Assembly (NCBI RefSeq): GCF_011745625.1
Contig: NW_027191459.1
Span: forward strand, 310,001-374,000
Length of the DNA stretch: 64,000 bases
Reading direction: 5' to 3'
DNA from: Cladosporium halotolerans
Taxonomy: Eukaryota
How positions within the stretch are numbered: the first letter of the stretch is position 1; every line of letters begins with the position of its first letter. The notes under the pieces were generated by a model that was given only the letters and a program-made list of their open reading frames with translations, was not told the origin of the DNA and did not search any database. A program made the translations under genes and the position numbers. This document shows, one piece after another, positions 1-11,986 of this stretch.

Positions 1-848
1 CCACCTCTCGCGCATGGACAGCCCGGAGTTCGTCTTCAGCAGCCTGCACGCCGCGCCGCCCGGCCACAGGAGCCCGTCGCCGTACCTCCCGCGCGCCCGC
101 TATTGCATCATGCGCGGTTTCTGGGCCGAGCTGCCGGACAACAAGCACAACAATGCGCCCATGAACCCGCGCGTGTACGAGAGCGAGATGCCGGCCTTCA
201 CGACGGACGTCCGCATGAACAAGCCCATTGAGCTGTTTGGCTCCAGCAGTGGGAAGGCGGACGATCAGAGTCTTGTGCAGGGAAGCGGAGGCGGTGGGCC
301 GTGTGAGGCTGTTTGGTGGGTCAAAGATGCCATGGTGCAGTGGAGGATGAAGGGCGAGGCGTTTATTGTTGGGAATGATGTTGAGGGCGAGGGGGATCAG
401 AGCAAGGAGAGCTCGGGCGTGAGGACGCTGAAGAGCGAAGTTGGGAGTAGGATGAGGGTTGTGAATGCTGAGAAGGAGGCGGAGTGGAGCTGGAAGAGGG
501 AGCTGACGGGGCACTTTGGCAACAACTCGCCTGGGCTGAGAGGTATGTTTGTTGTCTTATACATGAATCAGATGCTGAGCCAGTGGCTAATCGTACGTTG
601 CAGGCTCATTCAAGAACCCGCCGCCAGGTCAGCCGGTCGATCAACCCTACGACAGCAAGAATCTCGCTATTGGACAGAAGGTGGAGGATCTTGAGGATCC
701 CGTGGCAAGGGCAAACTTCCGCGTAGTCATCATCAAGCCGGAGGAGATGGAATCCGTCGATTTGAGTGACCCCGCCAAAGCGAGAAGGCAGGTGTACAAG
801 TTTGATGAGAGCTCTGGCGAGTGGACTCACACCGAATGCTGGCCTTGA
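1..848 (+). CDS. Pyridoxamine 5'-phosphate oxidase-like FMN-binding protein (Alr4036/Pyridox_oxase_2 type), probably 5'-truncated by the window edge; intron 543-603
   Basis: Motifs PRARYCIMRG, FTTDVRMNK, GGGGPCEAVWW, QWRMKG. Removing GTATGT..GCTAAT..CAG (543-603) joins PGLR to GSFKNPPPG and on through ARANFRVVIIKPEEMESVDL to ECWP-TGA (846-848). Confidence 0.75.
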
Positions 849-2964
849 GGCAGCCGTCGGTTGCAAACACTGTAGGCACGGGCATATGTACAAAACCGTC
901 CAACTATATCCATCTCTGTGCATATCCGCAAGAGTTGGCGGCAACTCACATCGAAAGCTGCAGCCTCGGTTAGAGGCTGCCCTAAGTGGCGGGCAATCAT
1001 TGTGGTTGCATGTGCGCCTGTGGAAACCCGTGCTATTGTTACATTGTAGGACAGGATCTCTCGGCGCCTGTCCGGCGGTCGGCGCATGCACATGAGCTTC
1101 GGATGGCTGCTCGCCAGCTAGATTAGCGACTTAGCTGCATAATTTCCTTGGACAAGGAATCTGCAGACAGCTGTTTAACAAGCTACAGCTTCCTGGTTGC
1201 TCAACACCAGCCAAAATCTGAAGACGTGACACGCGTTAAGTCCAGACCGTGAGATCGTCTCTCTTCATGTCATCGATGTCACCATCACATCCCAGCTATA
1301 TGCCGGCGGCAAGATGCCACCCGCGGGCGGATCGGGGGGCGGCGCAGCCGGATGTGCCCTAAAAGGAGACCGTCGCTTAGCTAGCACTGAAAAAGGCAAG
1401 TGCACGAAAGAGATCGCTGGAGGAATGCCTGTCGCGTGTTTCAACCCGGCCTTGCGTGCATTTCAATCCCTGCTGTTGCTGAAGTTCGACGAGTAGGCGC
1501 AGAAGACACGCTGTCGTGTCGAGCTGCCGTTCGCTGTGGGCGGGTCACGTCTCACGTAGGACACCCACTTCAGCTCGCCCTAGCATTTTGACAGCACCAC
1601 AAGCGGGCGGCTGGACAACGTTGTCATACCCACGCGCAGGCTTGTGCCGCTTGCGTATGTTGGCGCGCCCGCTTCGTGCGGCGACTTTGACAAATAATAG
1701 AGTAGGGCTTGGCCCTGCGACCTTGGCTGGCTGGACGTTGAAGGGCTGCGCCCGTTGGTGATCGGCTTGACGTGGTCGTGGCTTACACGAGACCAGCAGG
1801 GATCAATACGATAACGGGCGGCATCGCCCGAACCTCTCTGCACGCATGCTGGAGGAATCATGCCACTCCAAGCGACGCGTGAATCTACTTTCGATAATAT
1901 GGTTCGAGTAGATTGTCAGTAGCTGTACTGTTATTTCGGCGAGGTCTGAAGACGACAGGCGGATACTCATGGTGAGCTTTCAGCGGCCAAGGCTGATGTG
2001 TTCCATTGATTGCTTGTGGAACAATGGGATGCCATTTTCCCCCCAGTCATATCGAATTTCAAGGATCACGGATAAGTCCTGGATGACCGCTTATGCTAGA
2101 GTGCATGCAATTTGCAGGGAACATTGGGATCGTGCCACGCATGCGAAGCGATCTCCCAGCACCAGAGCATGACATGATGTCTTTTTCGGCCAATCCATGG
2201 TAAGCACCACGCATTACGCATACAGTGACTGAGTACACGTCACTACCGTTCTCGCTATTCGCGATGTCTGGCGGCAACAGAGTGAGACTAGATCGAAAAA
2301 TAATCGCGCGGAAACCGGGGTGCTCGAGCCGTCCAAACCCAATCTTTCCTGCGCCTACGTGCCGATAGTTCTTGTTGGGTGTGATGATGAAGGCCGTGCT
2401 GTACGGTCATTGCTGGCGAATGGACGACCGTTATGGCCAATGTCTTGCCTTGTAGACCAGGCTGGACCATGTGCGTGCACCAGTAAGACCCCATGCTCAT
2501 GCATACTGGCTCTATCAGGCACCCGGGCGACCCGTACCAGCGAGCATGTCGACGAGTGCAGCAAGATGGCCGGTCAAGAGACCCCGATTGCCGCGACAAA
2601 GGCGTAATCCTACCGAGGGAGCCCTGCAAGAGTCGGCATGCTAGGCCTCTTTGAGCGTGGTTGCGCGCCCGGGGCAGCTTTCCATCTGCACCCGACCCCA
2701 CACCGAAACCGTCGGCCGCCAGCAGCGCTGACCGTTTTCCCTCTCCTCTCTACAAGACATACCTCTTGCCCATCTTGCAGTACTCCATTCCGGTTTCTCC
2801 CTTTCGTCTTTTTCTTTGCTGGCTGCAACAATTCCTCTGGACCATCGACGCGACCGTAAATCCAGTGACCCGATTGCCAAGCGCTTGATACCGAGCATAG
2901 CGGCAAGACCGCCGTCTATGCCCCTCTCGGTGCCTGTCGGCTGCCCAGCCGCGACACTTCCACA

Positions 2965-4047
2965 ATGCCACAAGACGCGCTGAACAGTTTCACATCTCTC
3001 CTCGAAAAAGCACCAGTGTGGATCGCCGACCTTCAGAATATCCTCGACAACGCCACAAATCGCCAAAATGAGCTCCTGTCTGCAAATCAACCCGCTCACT
3101 CGCACACCTCATTACCTCGCAAGAAGTCTAAAACCTCGTCTCTCAAGTCAAAGCGATCGAAGGACGTAAAACACGAGGAGGATCTGACGGCCAGCCACAC
3201 GGACGGCGTCCAGACGGAAACGCCTACACCGACACTGCTACGTCCACAGCTCCCTCATATGACCGACTCGGACGCGCTCAGGCTGTCGCAGCGCAAGCGC
3301 AAGACCTTCTCAGCATGCTCGCGTGATCAGACCGCCCCCTCGAAGTATCGCTCTCGAGGTCTAGCTGTAGTGTACTATGATGGAGATGTGCAGAAGCGTT
3401 TCGCCGATCTGGTACGAGACTTCAATGGCTGCCGCAACGACATTCGGAGGTCTAAGCTTAGCGCCAAGGTTGATAGTCTCGCCAGGAGTGGATCTTCGAG
3501 TAGCGAAAGCGGCGGTGGTGGCAGCGACGGCGAAGAGACGACGAAAGATTTTGATACTTTTGACCACAAGACGGCTCGAATGATGATGCAGGAAGTGAAG
3601 GCGGCGAAGAGACCGTCCGGGAGCGAAGTGCTGGATAAGGTTGATGGGTTCTTGGAGAAGGCACAGAGTCTGTGTGAGCATGCAGCGCATCAAGTCCTCC
3701 GCGATGGGGACTGTGCTCTAGAGGTCCGGCAAGCAAAGGAGAAACTGGAGCAGGCCAAAACATCTGCTGAGCGCGACTTACCGGAGCTAAAAAGGCTTGC
3801 CGAAGAAGCGGAGGAGCGTCGAAAAAGCGATGGAGAGCGGCAAAAATCTCAGCCGCCGCCACCTGCCGCGAAAGAAAAGCTCATGCTTCTCAGTTCTCAT
3901 TTCTCGGAAGGTCCTCTCGAAGTTGACGATATAGAGGTCGATGATGATGCCGACGATACCGACACTGAGCTTGAGATGGCCGCTCTGAAGTTGCCACCTA
4001 ATTTGACGAAGTACTCGATGAGAAGCTCGCGGCTGACCGCTTGCTGA
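2965..4047 (+). CDS. Hypothetical fungal protein, 360 aa, intronless
   Basis: Long ORF after a CT-rich leader. Basic patches (RKKSK, RKRKT) and structured-looking blocks VVYYDGDVQKRF and CEHAAHQVLRDGDC; function not recognised. Confidence 0.75.
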   Translation: MPQDALNSFTSLLEKAPVWIADLQNILDNATNRQNELLSANQPAHSHTSLPRKKSKTSSLKSKRSKDVKHEEDLTASHTDGVQTETPTPTLLRPQLPHMTDSDALRLSQRKRKTFSACSRDQTAPSKYRSRGLAVVYYDGDVQKRFADLVRDFNGCRNDIRRSKLSAKVDSLARSGSSSSESGGGGSDGEETTKDFDTFDHKTARMMMQEVKAAKRPSGSEVLDKVDGFLEKAQSLCEHAAHQVLRDGDCALEVRQAKEKLEQAKTSAERDLPELKRLAEEAEERRKSDGERQKSQPPPPAAKEKLMLLSSHFSEGPLEVDDIEVDDDADDTDTELEMAALKLPPNLTKYSMRSSRLTAC

Positions 4048-4544
4048 GAATCCGGGCTCTAGTACGGCGAAGAAATTTGTATTTGTGTTTTTTTGAATGC
4101 GTTTGAGCGGCTGGTTTGGTTTACGATTTTGGCAAGGAGTTTGGAATAAGTCGCTTCAGCGCCTCAGCAATCGAGATACCAGAGGGATTGTTGACCTCAA
4201 TTTGATTTGGATATTTTGAAGGCGCAGGATGCCGTTACTTTCTTGCTTTTCATCAGCTTTCCCGCCAGTATGTTACACCTCTTACAATTCACGATCACAT
4301 GCTCATCATTTGTTTCCAATGAGAAGGAGAGCGATCCCGTGTGAAGGGAGGTCCACGTCCAGAAGAACTTGTCTCTTCTCCATTGGCACCGACCCGATGC
4401 GCCATACCAATAGTAAGGTATAAAGATCGGAGGCGGATTGACCTTTAACAGATGTAACTAGAAGTGAAGTGGACGAGCGTGAGATGGCGCGTTCGCCTGG
4501 AGTTCAGCGCGTGGGCGCCTTTTTCGTGATCGCGACTTCCTCAC

Positions 4545-6476
4545 TTGACCTGCCCAGCGCTCGCCACTTGGAACTCGAACGCTGGACTTCGCCTGCAGTA
4601 CTTTGACCTGGAGATCGTCGCGCACATGCAAGCGTTTCAAGCCTCACTTGGCGAACAACGCGTGAGTCCCGGAGTCACAATGAAGGCAAGTGTACGACGA
4701 CTGAGTCTTCCATTTGGGTCTCCGCTGACTCCTGAAGCAATCTTCTGCATCGCGAACGACACGAAAAAAGCAGCCTACAAATTCGCAGACATTGATGAAC
4801 CCAATGTAGAAAATGAAACTCACTACGAGGAGCCGCGTCTCAGAGGTTCATTGCGTGGGCTTGACCTGAGCAATATGCTTGAGGCGACCCGGAAGTCCAT
4901 TGAAGCAGACAAAGAATCCGATAGCTGCTCAGTTGACCTTGCCGCTCGCCATGAGACGCGCGCCGCCAGAAATGGGAGGGCGCAGGTCAACTACAGCATG
5001 AAGTATCATCCGATGGATGAAGTTACCCGGCCAAAGCGAGCACGGCGAATCACTGGTTCACGCTCGCTCTCCGCCACTATGCCTCGTGGCCTTAAGAACG
5101 AGACGAGCAGCGAAAGTGAGCCAGATCTGCGGTCTGGGTCTTCAGACGAAGATGGTGACGATGCAAGCGACGAGGACCTCGATGGCACAATCAGAATGCC
5201 AGATCCAAAAGCCACACGCCATTCCATGCGCTCGGAAGCCCAAAAGTCGGTAAATTACAGCAGGGCTCACCACCCACAAGATCATTCGCTCCCTGGCTAT
5301 CAACATCTCGCCAAGCGTAAGAGAAAGCAGACCACTTCATCCAGAGTACAGAAGAAACCAAGGCGAGATGAATTTCAGATCTCAAGCGACACTGAGAACA
5401 TCGATTCTAGTTCAGACAAGGTTGAAGAGCAAAATGACGCTACATGTAGCACGAAAGCAGAATCGAAAACGCCAACTCCCGACAAAGACGAACTTCGTTT
5501 CAGAAGCGGCAGCTGTAACGCTTTCAACAGCACGCAAGCTCCACCTGAATTGCGGAAGGATGAGTCTTTCAATCCTGTTGAAGCCATCCTTCAAGGACAC
5601 CACTTTGCTTCACCAGGAGGACTTCGTCAAACAAGCGATCAGCATGCTCCACCAGGGACTAAGAATATGGAGGAGGTCGCTGCCACTACCACCCAGCTTG
5701 GACTGAAGGCCGCCGAGTTGCTCGCAAATATCGATGTTTCAGCTGTGTGTAGCTCGTGTTCCACAGTTGTAAACCCTTTGAGCCTCTCACAATCTGCCAA
5801 AGTCATCAAGCAGCCACTAACGACTGGCTCTTCAACGTCGTCCCAGAAGCCAGGGCCGAGATCTATGCTTCAGACACCAGGCTCAACAACCTCACGCACA
5901 GCTCCAGCTCCAAGCCAGCCTGTCCGCTCTACGTCCCCAGTGTTTGCGATCATTCGACCATACATGCCATCACAGAGCGTGAGTTCTGAACCGGTATCTT
6001 CCACCACGATCGATCACGCCGAACCCCGAAACACCACCGTTGGCGGTACGCTGCCTCAGCCGCATCACGCTGGGGGCGATAAAGTGCCGCCGGTGGTGGC
6101 CCATAAAAACACACCACAAGAACCCACGACCAGTTCTGCATCAGAGGGTGCGAGCTCGTGGACGGCCATTAACAGAGCAACACCTCAGCGCTCCACTGGC
6201 TACTCTAGCGCATCTAGACAGACAAGTCGGGGTACTCCGATGGACGAAAAAATGGACAGTCGTTCTTTTTTTGAAGCTGAGATTGAAGAAACGCAACGAC
6301 TTTCTCAACGCGATCCAGACGATGATCTGCCACTATCAACAGCTACGACGTATTCGGAACCCCTTGTTTCGCAGAGGGAACGATCCGACCAGTGCACTCG
6401 GAGCTCTTCTCAGCAGAAACCGAAATATGGCTCTGCGGGAAATGGCCATGTTGCAGGCAACGAGCCTCAGGAATAA
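4545..6476 (+). CDS. Hypothetical Ser/Thr-rich, likely disordered nuclear protein; true 5' exons uncertain (candidate introns near 4412-4451 and 4663-4737)
   Basis: 1.9 kb open frame with an NLS-like KRKRK and two VNYS..HP.D repeats. Start codon not resolved. Confidence 0.6.
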   Translation: MTCPALATWNSNAGLRLQYFDLEIVAHMQAFQASLGEQRVSPGVTMKASVRRLSLPFGSPLTPEAIFCIANDTKKAAYKFADIDEPNVENETHYEEPRLRGSLRGLDLSNMLEATRKSIEADKESDSCSVDLAARHETRAARNGRAQVNYSMKYHPMDEVTRPKRARRITGSRSLSATMPRGLKNETSSESEPDLRSGSSDEDGDDASDEDLDGTIRMPDPKATRHSMRSEAQKSVNYSRAHHPQDHSLPGYQHLAKRKRKQTTSSRVQKKPRRDEFQISSDTENIDSSSDKVEEQNDATCSTKAESKTPTPDKDELRFRSGSCNAFNSTQAPPELRKDESFNPVEAILQGHHFASPGGLRQTSDQHAPPGTKNMEEVAATTTQLGLKAAELLANIDVSAVCSSCSTVVNPLSLSQSAKVIKQPLTTGSSTSSQKPGPRSMLQTPGSTTSRTAPAPSQPVRSTSPVFAIIRPYMPSQSVSSEPVSSTTIDHAEPRNTTVGGTLPQPHHAGGDKVPPVVAHKNTPQEPTTSSASEGASSWTAINRATPQRSTGYSSASRQTSRGTPMDEKMDSRSFFEAEIEETQRLSQRDPDDDLPLSTATTYSEPLVSQRERSDQCTRSSSQQKPKYGSAGNGHVAGNEPQE

Positions 6477-7044
6477 GCAAGAGAGTGTTCTCAACCATGC
6501 CGCTCGTAGCGTGGCAATTTGCAAGGATGGCGTGACTCGTCGAGTGATTTATGTGGCTTGAGAGGAGCAAAGGTTCATGTGGTAGCTGTAACGTGGGTGC
6601 AAGGACAAGGGTTCTCCTCAAGCTATTGGGCTTCACGAAATGTCGTTGTCAATCCATCGCAAGTGAAAGATTTGACTGAAATCAATGCCGATGAGGCGAA
6701 CTCGAGTTTGTTGACGTTCTGGAGGTTTTCAAAATTGCTACTTAGTGTGTATATGTGACCTCCATACTGAGTCGTTCTCTCAGGTAATATCGAGACGCGT
6801 AATTGTAGAGGTAGAGATTTGATGTTGCATCAACTATAGAGATCACTCCATTGAAAGGGAAGTAGACCTATATGCTCGTGATGCGTTGACGAATCTGGGA
6901 GATCGGGGCGATGCAAACAGACAAACAGAAAAGACAGACGTACTTACATGTTGCGCGTGAGGTTCGTTCCTACAATCATTGCAAGTGAGCTCGACCGACG
7001 CGATCAGGAGGAAATTATTTTTTTCATGTCCTCGTGTTCATTAC

Positions 7045-8473
7045 TCATATGGCCCAGCCAGCAGCTTTCTTCTTTGTTTTCACCTTCTGTGCAATGACAT
7101 CGGGATCGTGAGAAATCTCCAATGGCATCATGGGCGATGCCGCCGCGCCAACTGTTGACTCTTGGGCCACTTTATCGTCCTGTACCGAGAGCGAGCCAAG
7201 CTCTTCAGCAAGTCGGGGGTCGTCGACCTGGGGATCTTGTGGGACTGAGCCGTCCTCATTCGACACAGCTTCGGCACCAGTGGTCTCTTCGTCGGCCGGC
7301 TCATCTCCATCTTCAGCGTCATCTTCATCATCTTCCTCCCCTTCCTCTGCTTGCTGCTGCTCATCAGAATCGCCCCCGCCTGCTTCGACATATTTCTCTA
7401 GCTGCTTCGCCAGCTTCCTGCTGAAGCCAGTCGCTTCGACTTCCACATCCAGCCTCCTTTCAGGGTCGATGTTCTTCACTGCATCGACAAAGAATGGGCC
7501 TGGCTCATCCGAAGTGTACTTGAACTTCCGTCCGAAGTAGCGCTTAATGCATTCGACGTCGCGGTCGAAATAGTACTCGGCGTTGGCGTGATTTGTCGAA
7601 AGCGTCTGCGGAAAGTCGATCAAAATGGGCGTCAAGTTGACTTTCTCCGGCGGAGTGTCATCGTCGACGGGCTTGCCGTCATCGGTGAACTCTTTGAGCA
7701 GGATGTTGAACTCGTTGAAGTCACCGTGAATAAGACCCCGCGAGGCTAGCTGTACGATCATCGCCATAAGCTCCGCGTACAGTTTTCCAGGATTCGGTAC
7801 ACTGTCGACCATGCGCATCGGAAAAGCGTCGATGAACTCCATGACCACGGTGTGTCTGCTCCACGCTACGGGTTCGGGCACTGGGAATTTCTCTCTGTGA
7901 AGAACCTTCATGAAAGCGTATTCTTTCTGCGCCGCAAGGGTACTCAGGTACATCCAGCTTCCGGCGTTGCGACCGCGAAGGTAGTCACGGTTTGCTTTGA
8001 CAGTACGGAAAGAGATTCGGCCGAGACGGTGGAGCTTGAGAACCAGCTGACGAGACGATTGTGCGGCGCAAACGTAGATGTCAGACTCCTTGCCGACGCC
8101 GATCTGATTGCCGAGACTGTAGATGGCCTCGCTTTTCCTGTGTGTGTTCATCGCAAGGTAGTCGAGTCCTCCGTACGTGAGTCGGTAGCCGTCATATCGA
8201 GCGTTTTTCACCTTAGCGATCAACCCGTCTTTGGCGAGAGTAGAGATGTTTCTGTGCACAGCACCTCCACCACCGCGCTGTCCAGCCAGTTGCTGGATCA
8301 GGGGCGTCGGTACAACTTCGTGGTTCTTGCTGCCTTGCTCGACCTATTCATCGCTTTAGCTTGTGTCAGTCGAAAAAGATCTGCAGGCCACAAAGGTGCT
8401 TTGTACGTACTGCCGCGAGAACTCTCCAGTCGTCGCTATTCAAATAGCGCAAGGCGCGCGTATCGAGCTTCAT
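7045..8473 (-). CDS. RIO2: Atypical Ser/Thr kinase RIO2 (40S ribosome biogenesis); exons 8473-8411 and 8343-7045
   Basis: N-terminus MKLDTRALRYL...DWRVLAA spliced (GTACGT..TAG) to VEQGSKNHEVVP; motifs GVGKESDIY, HRLGRISFR, LIHGDFNEFN, IDFPQ. Confidence 0.95.
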
Positions 8474-8819
8474 ATTGACCGTAAATAGCTCTTCGACGAA
8501 TGGCGCAAGGCAAGCCGTCTGGTGTGTGCTTGACAGATGTAGATGAGTGCATGCCATCATGAAAATGTGAAGCTTTGGGTTGCTGCTCATGACTCGCGTT
8601 TGCTTGGCGCGACGTCTCGGAGACAGGTGCTATGGGCGACATCATCAATCATCAGCTGTCGCCTCACCTGCAACACCTCTTTCATCTTCGACCAAAAACG
8701 CGCATTTCCAAGACTTTGGACCTCGCGCAGGTGCTTTCATCAAATCTTTACATCTCATTTGAAATACTGAGTGACCCCTCAAAAGCTCTCCAAACCACCG
8801 AAACACACATTCAAACATC

Positions 8820-11625
8820 ATGGCGAAGGAGGAGGAGAAGAAGGCGCCTGTCCAAGACAAGGGCAAGGGTAAGGTTGACGATGCAAAGCAGACGAATGGC
8901 GATAAGAGCGAAAAGGCGGATGGCAAAGATGGCAAGAAGGGCGGCGACCTCGACCTGGCTCCAGAAGAGCTGAGCGAAGAAGACCAGAAGCTCAAGGACG
9001 AACTGGATATGCTGGCCGAGAGGTTAACGGAGGACGACAAGTCTCTGTACAAGCCAGCGCTTGATGCGATCAAAGAGAGCATCAAGACTAGCACAAGCTC
9101 CATGACCGCCGTACCGAAGCCGCTGAAGTTCCTCAGACCCCATTACGAAAAGCTATGCGAGACATACGAGAAGTGGCCTGCCGGAGAGGACAAGCAATCG
9201 CTGGCGGACACGCTGTCGGTGCTGGGAATGACGTACTCCGACGAGGAACGTTTGGACACACTGAAGTACCGTCTGCTGGCGCCTAACAAGGACATTGGAT
9301 CTTGGGGACACGAGTACATGCGCCATCTGGCTCTCGAGATCGGCGAGGAGTATCAGAAGCGCATGGAAGACGACAAGGACACAGAAGATCTGAGCGATCT
9401 CACCCGAACGCTCGTTCCTTTCTTCCTCTCTCACAACGCCGAGGCCGACGCAGTCGACATCCTTTCTGAGCTGGAGATGATCGAGGACATCAAGGACTAC
9501 CTGGACGAGAACACTTACTCGAGAGTCTGCCTGTATATGGTGTCCATGGTCCCTCTTCTTGCATATCCCGACAACGACCGCTTTGTGCGCACTGCCCACG
9601 ACGTGTACAGGCATTACAAGCAGCTCACTCAAGCTATGTGCCTTGCGATTCGCTTGAACGACATGGAGCTTATCAAATCCGACTTTGCTGCTGCGGAAGA
9701 CAAGGCACTCAAGCGCCAGCTTGCTTTTATTCTTGCGCGCCAGCGGATATGCCTGGAGCTCGAGGGTGAAGATGCCGAGGACACTGAACTGCAAGAGTGC
9801 TTGAACAACACGAAGCTCCCCGAGCACTACAAGTCCTTGGCGAAGGAGCTGAACGTCCTCGACCCGAAGGTGCCCGAAGACATTTACAAGTCACACCTCG
9901 AGTCTTCTCGTACTGCTGGCCTCACAAATACCGATTCCGCGCGCCACAACCTCGCCTCCGCATTCGTGAACGCGTTTGTGAACGCCGGATTTGGTGCCGA
10001 CAAGCTCATGCTGGTCGAGGGCGGCGTTCAGCAGAGCTGGATTTGGAAGGTGAAGGAGGACGGAATGACATCTACCGCTGCGTCTGCTGGTATGCTCATG
10101 CAGTGGGACGTGGAGATGGGATTGGACAAGATCGATGCATTTACATATGTGAGCGAGGAGCAAGTGAAGGCTGGTGCGGCATTGGCGACTGGCATCATCA
10201 ACAGCGGCGTCAGGCTGGACGGCGATCCCGCAATGGCGTTGCTCGGTGATCTGGAGGGCAAGAGTGTGTCCGTCAAGGTTGCAAGCATCATGGGTCTGGG
10301 TCTTGCATATGCTGGCTCGAACAAGGAGGACCTCTTGGAGCTGCTTCTGCCCTACGTGACCGACACCTCGCTTGACATGCAGATCTCTGCTATGGCTGCG
10401 CTCTCTCTTGGATTCATCTTTGTTGGCTCCGCGCAATCAGATGTGTCCGAAGCCATTATCCAGACTTTCCTGGACGAGGATCGCGCCAACCAGCTCAAGG
10501 ACAAGTGGACCAGGTTCATGACCCTCGGCCTTGCACTGCTATACTTTGGCCAGCAGGAAGAAGTCGATGTCGTTTTGGAGACGCTGAAGGTCATCGAGCA
10601 CCCCATGTCCAAGCCTGCCTCCGTGCTTGCTGAGATTTGTGCTTGGGCTGGCACTGGTGCTGTGCTGAAATTGCAGGAGCTCCTGCATATCTGCAATGAG
10701 CACATCGAGGACGAGCGAGACGATGACGACAAGGACAAGAAGGACGAAGAGAAGAAGGACCGCTCTGGCGACCAGCTCGTACAAGCTTACGCTGTTCTTG
10801 GTCTGTCCCTTGTGGGCATGGGCGAGGAGGTTGGTCAGGAAATGGTTCTGCGTCAATTCGGTCATCTCATGCATTACGGCGAGGCCAACATCCGCAAGGC
10901 TGTTCCGCTCGCAATGGGCCTTATCAGCCCTTCGAACCCACAGATGAAGGTCTACGACACCCTTTCAAGATACTCGCACGACAACGACATTGATGTCGCC
11001 GTCAACGCAATCTTCGCCATGGGAATGCTCGGTGCCGGTACGAACAACGCTCGTCTTGCGCAGCTTCTCAGGCAGCTGGCGAGCTACTACCACCGCGACC
11101 CTAACGCACTGTTCATGGTACGAATCGCGCAGGGTCTCGTACACATGGGCAAGGGTACCCTCAGTTTGAGCCCTTTCCACACCGACCGCAGTGTCCTCTC
11201 GCGTGTCGGCGCCGCAGGGCTCCTTACCATTACTCTCTCGCTTATTGACGACCCTCGACAATTTGTTCTTGGCGACCACCACTACCTCCTCTACGTCCTA
11301 GTCACTGCCATGCACCCGCGCTTCCTTATTACGCTTGACGAGGATCTTAAGCCTCTGCAGGTCAACGTGCGTGTAGGTCAGGCCGTTGATGTGGTCGGCC
11401 AGGCGGGTCGCCCAAAGACCATCACCGGATGGCAGACTCAGAGCACACCGGTGCTTCTTGGCTACGGCGAGCGTGCAGAACTGGAAGACGAGGAATGGAT
11501 TTGCTTGACCAACGTCATGGAAGGTGTCTGTATTCTCAGGAAGGTATGTGCTTTTTTGTATATCTGATGTCGTTGAGAATACTCGCTGACTGAAATCACA
11601 GAACCCTGACTGGGAAGCTTCGTAG
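8820..11625 (+). CDS. RPN1: 26S proteasome regulatory subunit Rpn1; exons 8820-11543 and 11602-11625
   Basis: SMTAVPKPLKFLRPHY, WGHEYMRHLA, PC repeats, VRVGQAVDVVGQAGRPKTITGWQT. Terminal intron GTATGT..GCTGAC..CAG gives C-terminus ILRKNPDWEAS-TAG. Confidence 0.97.
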
Positions 11626-11986
11626 AGCTTGAGTAAAGACCTGATGAACATGGGACCGCCAATGGCACTGTATGGCAAAAAGGGTGCAGCATAGCATATA
11701 GATCTTAGCCAATTGCTGCTACAGATGATGGCGCCCTTTCTGTATAATAATATGCATTCGTGAAAGACTTCATATCTCTCTCCATGGTGACTTCACGATC
11801 AACCGCGCCTGATTCGTCACCCCAGCCACGCTATTCGCAAGGCCTCTCACGTCGCGGCTAATTAGGGTTCAAGTTAAGCGCGTTAAGCGCGCAAGCGCGC
11901 GGCTGAGACACCTCCACCACTCGTGATGCCCCCAAACCTGAACACCACTCCTTCGTGTCTGACCTAGCGTGGCGTCTACCTTCACC

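Noticed and set aside
849..2900. Many short overlapping ORFs in a 2-kb intergenic region
   Set aside because: No codon bias, motif or consistent splice structure; treated as UTR and promoter sequence.
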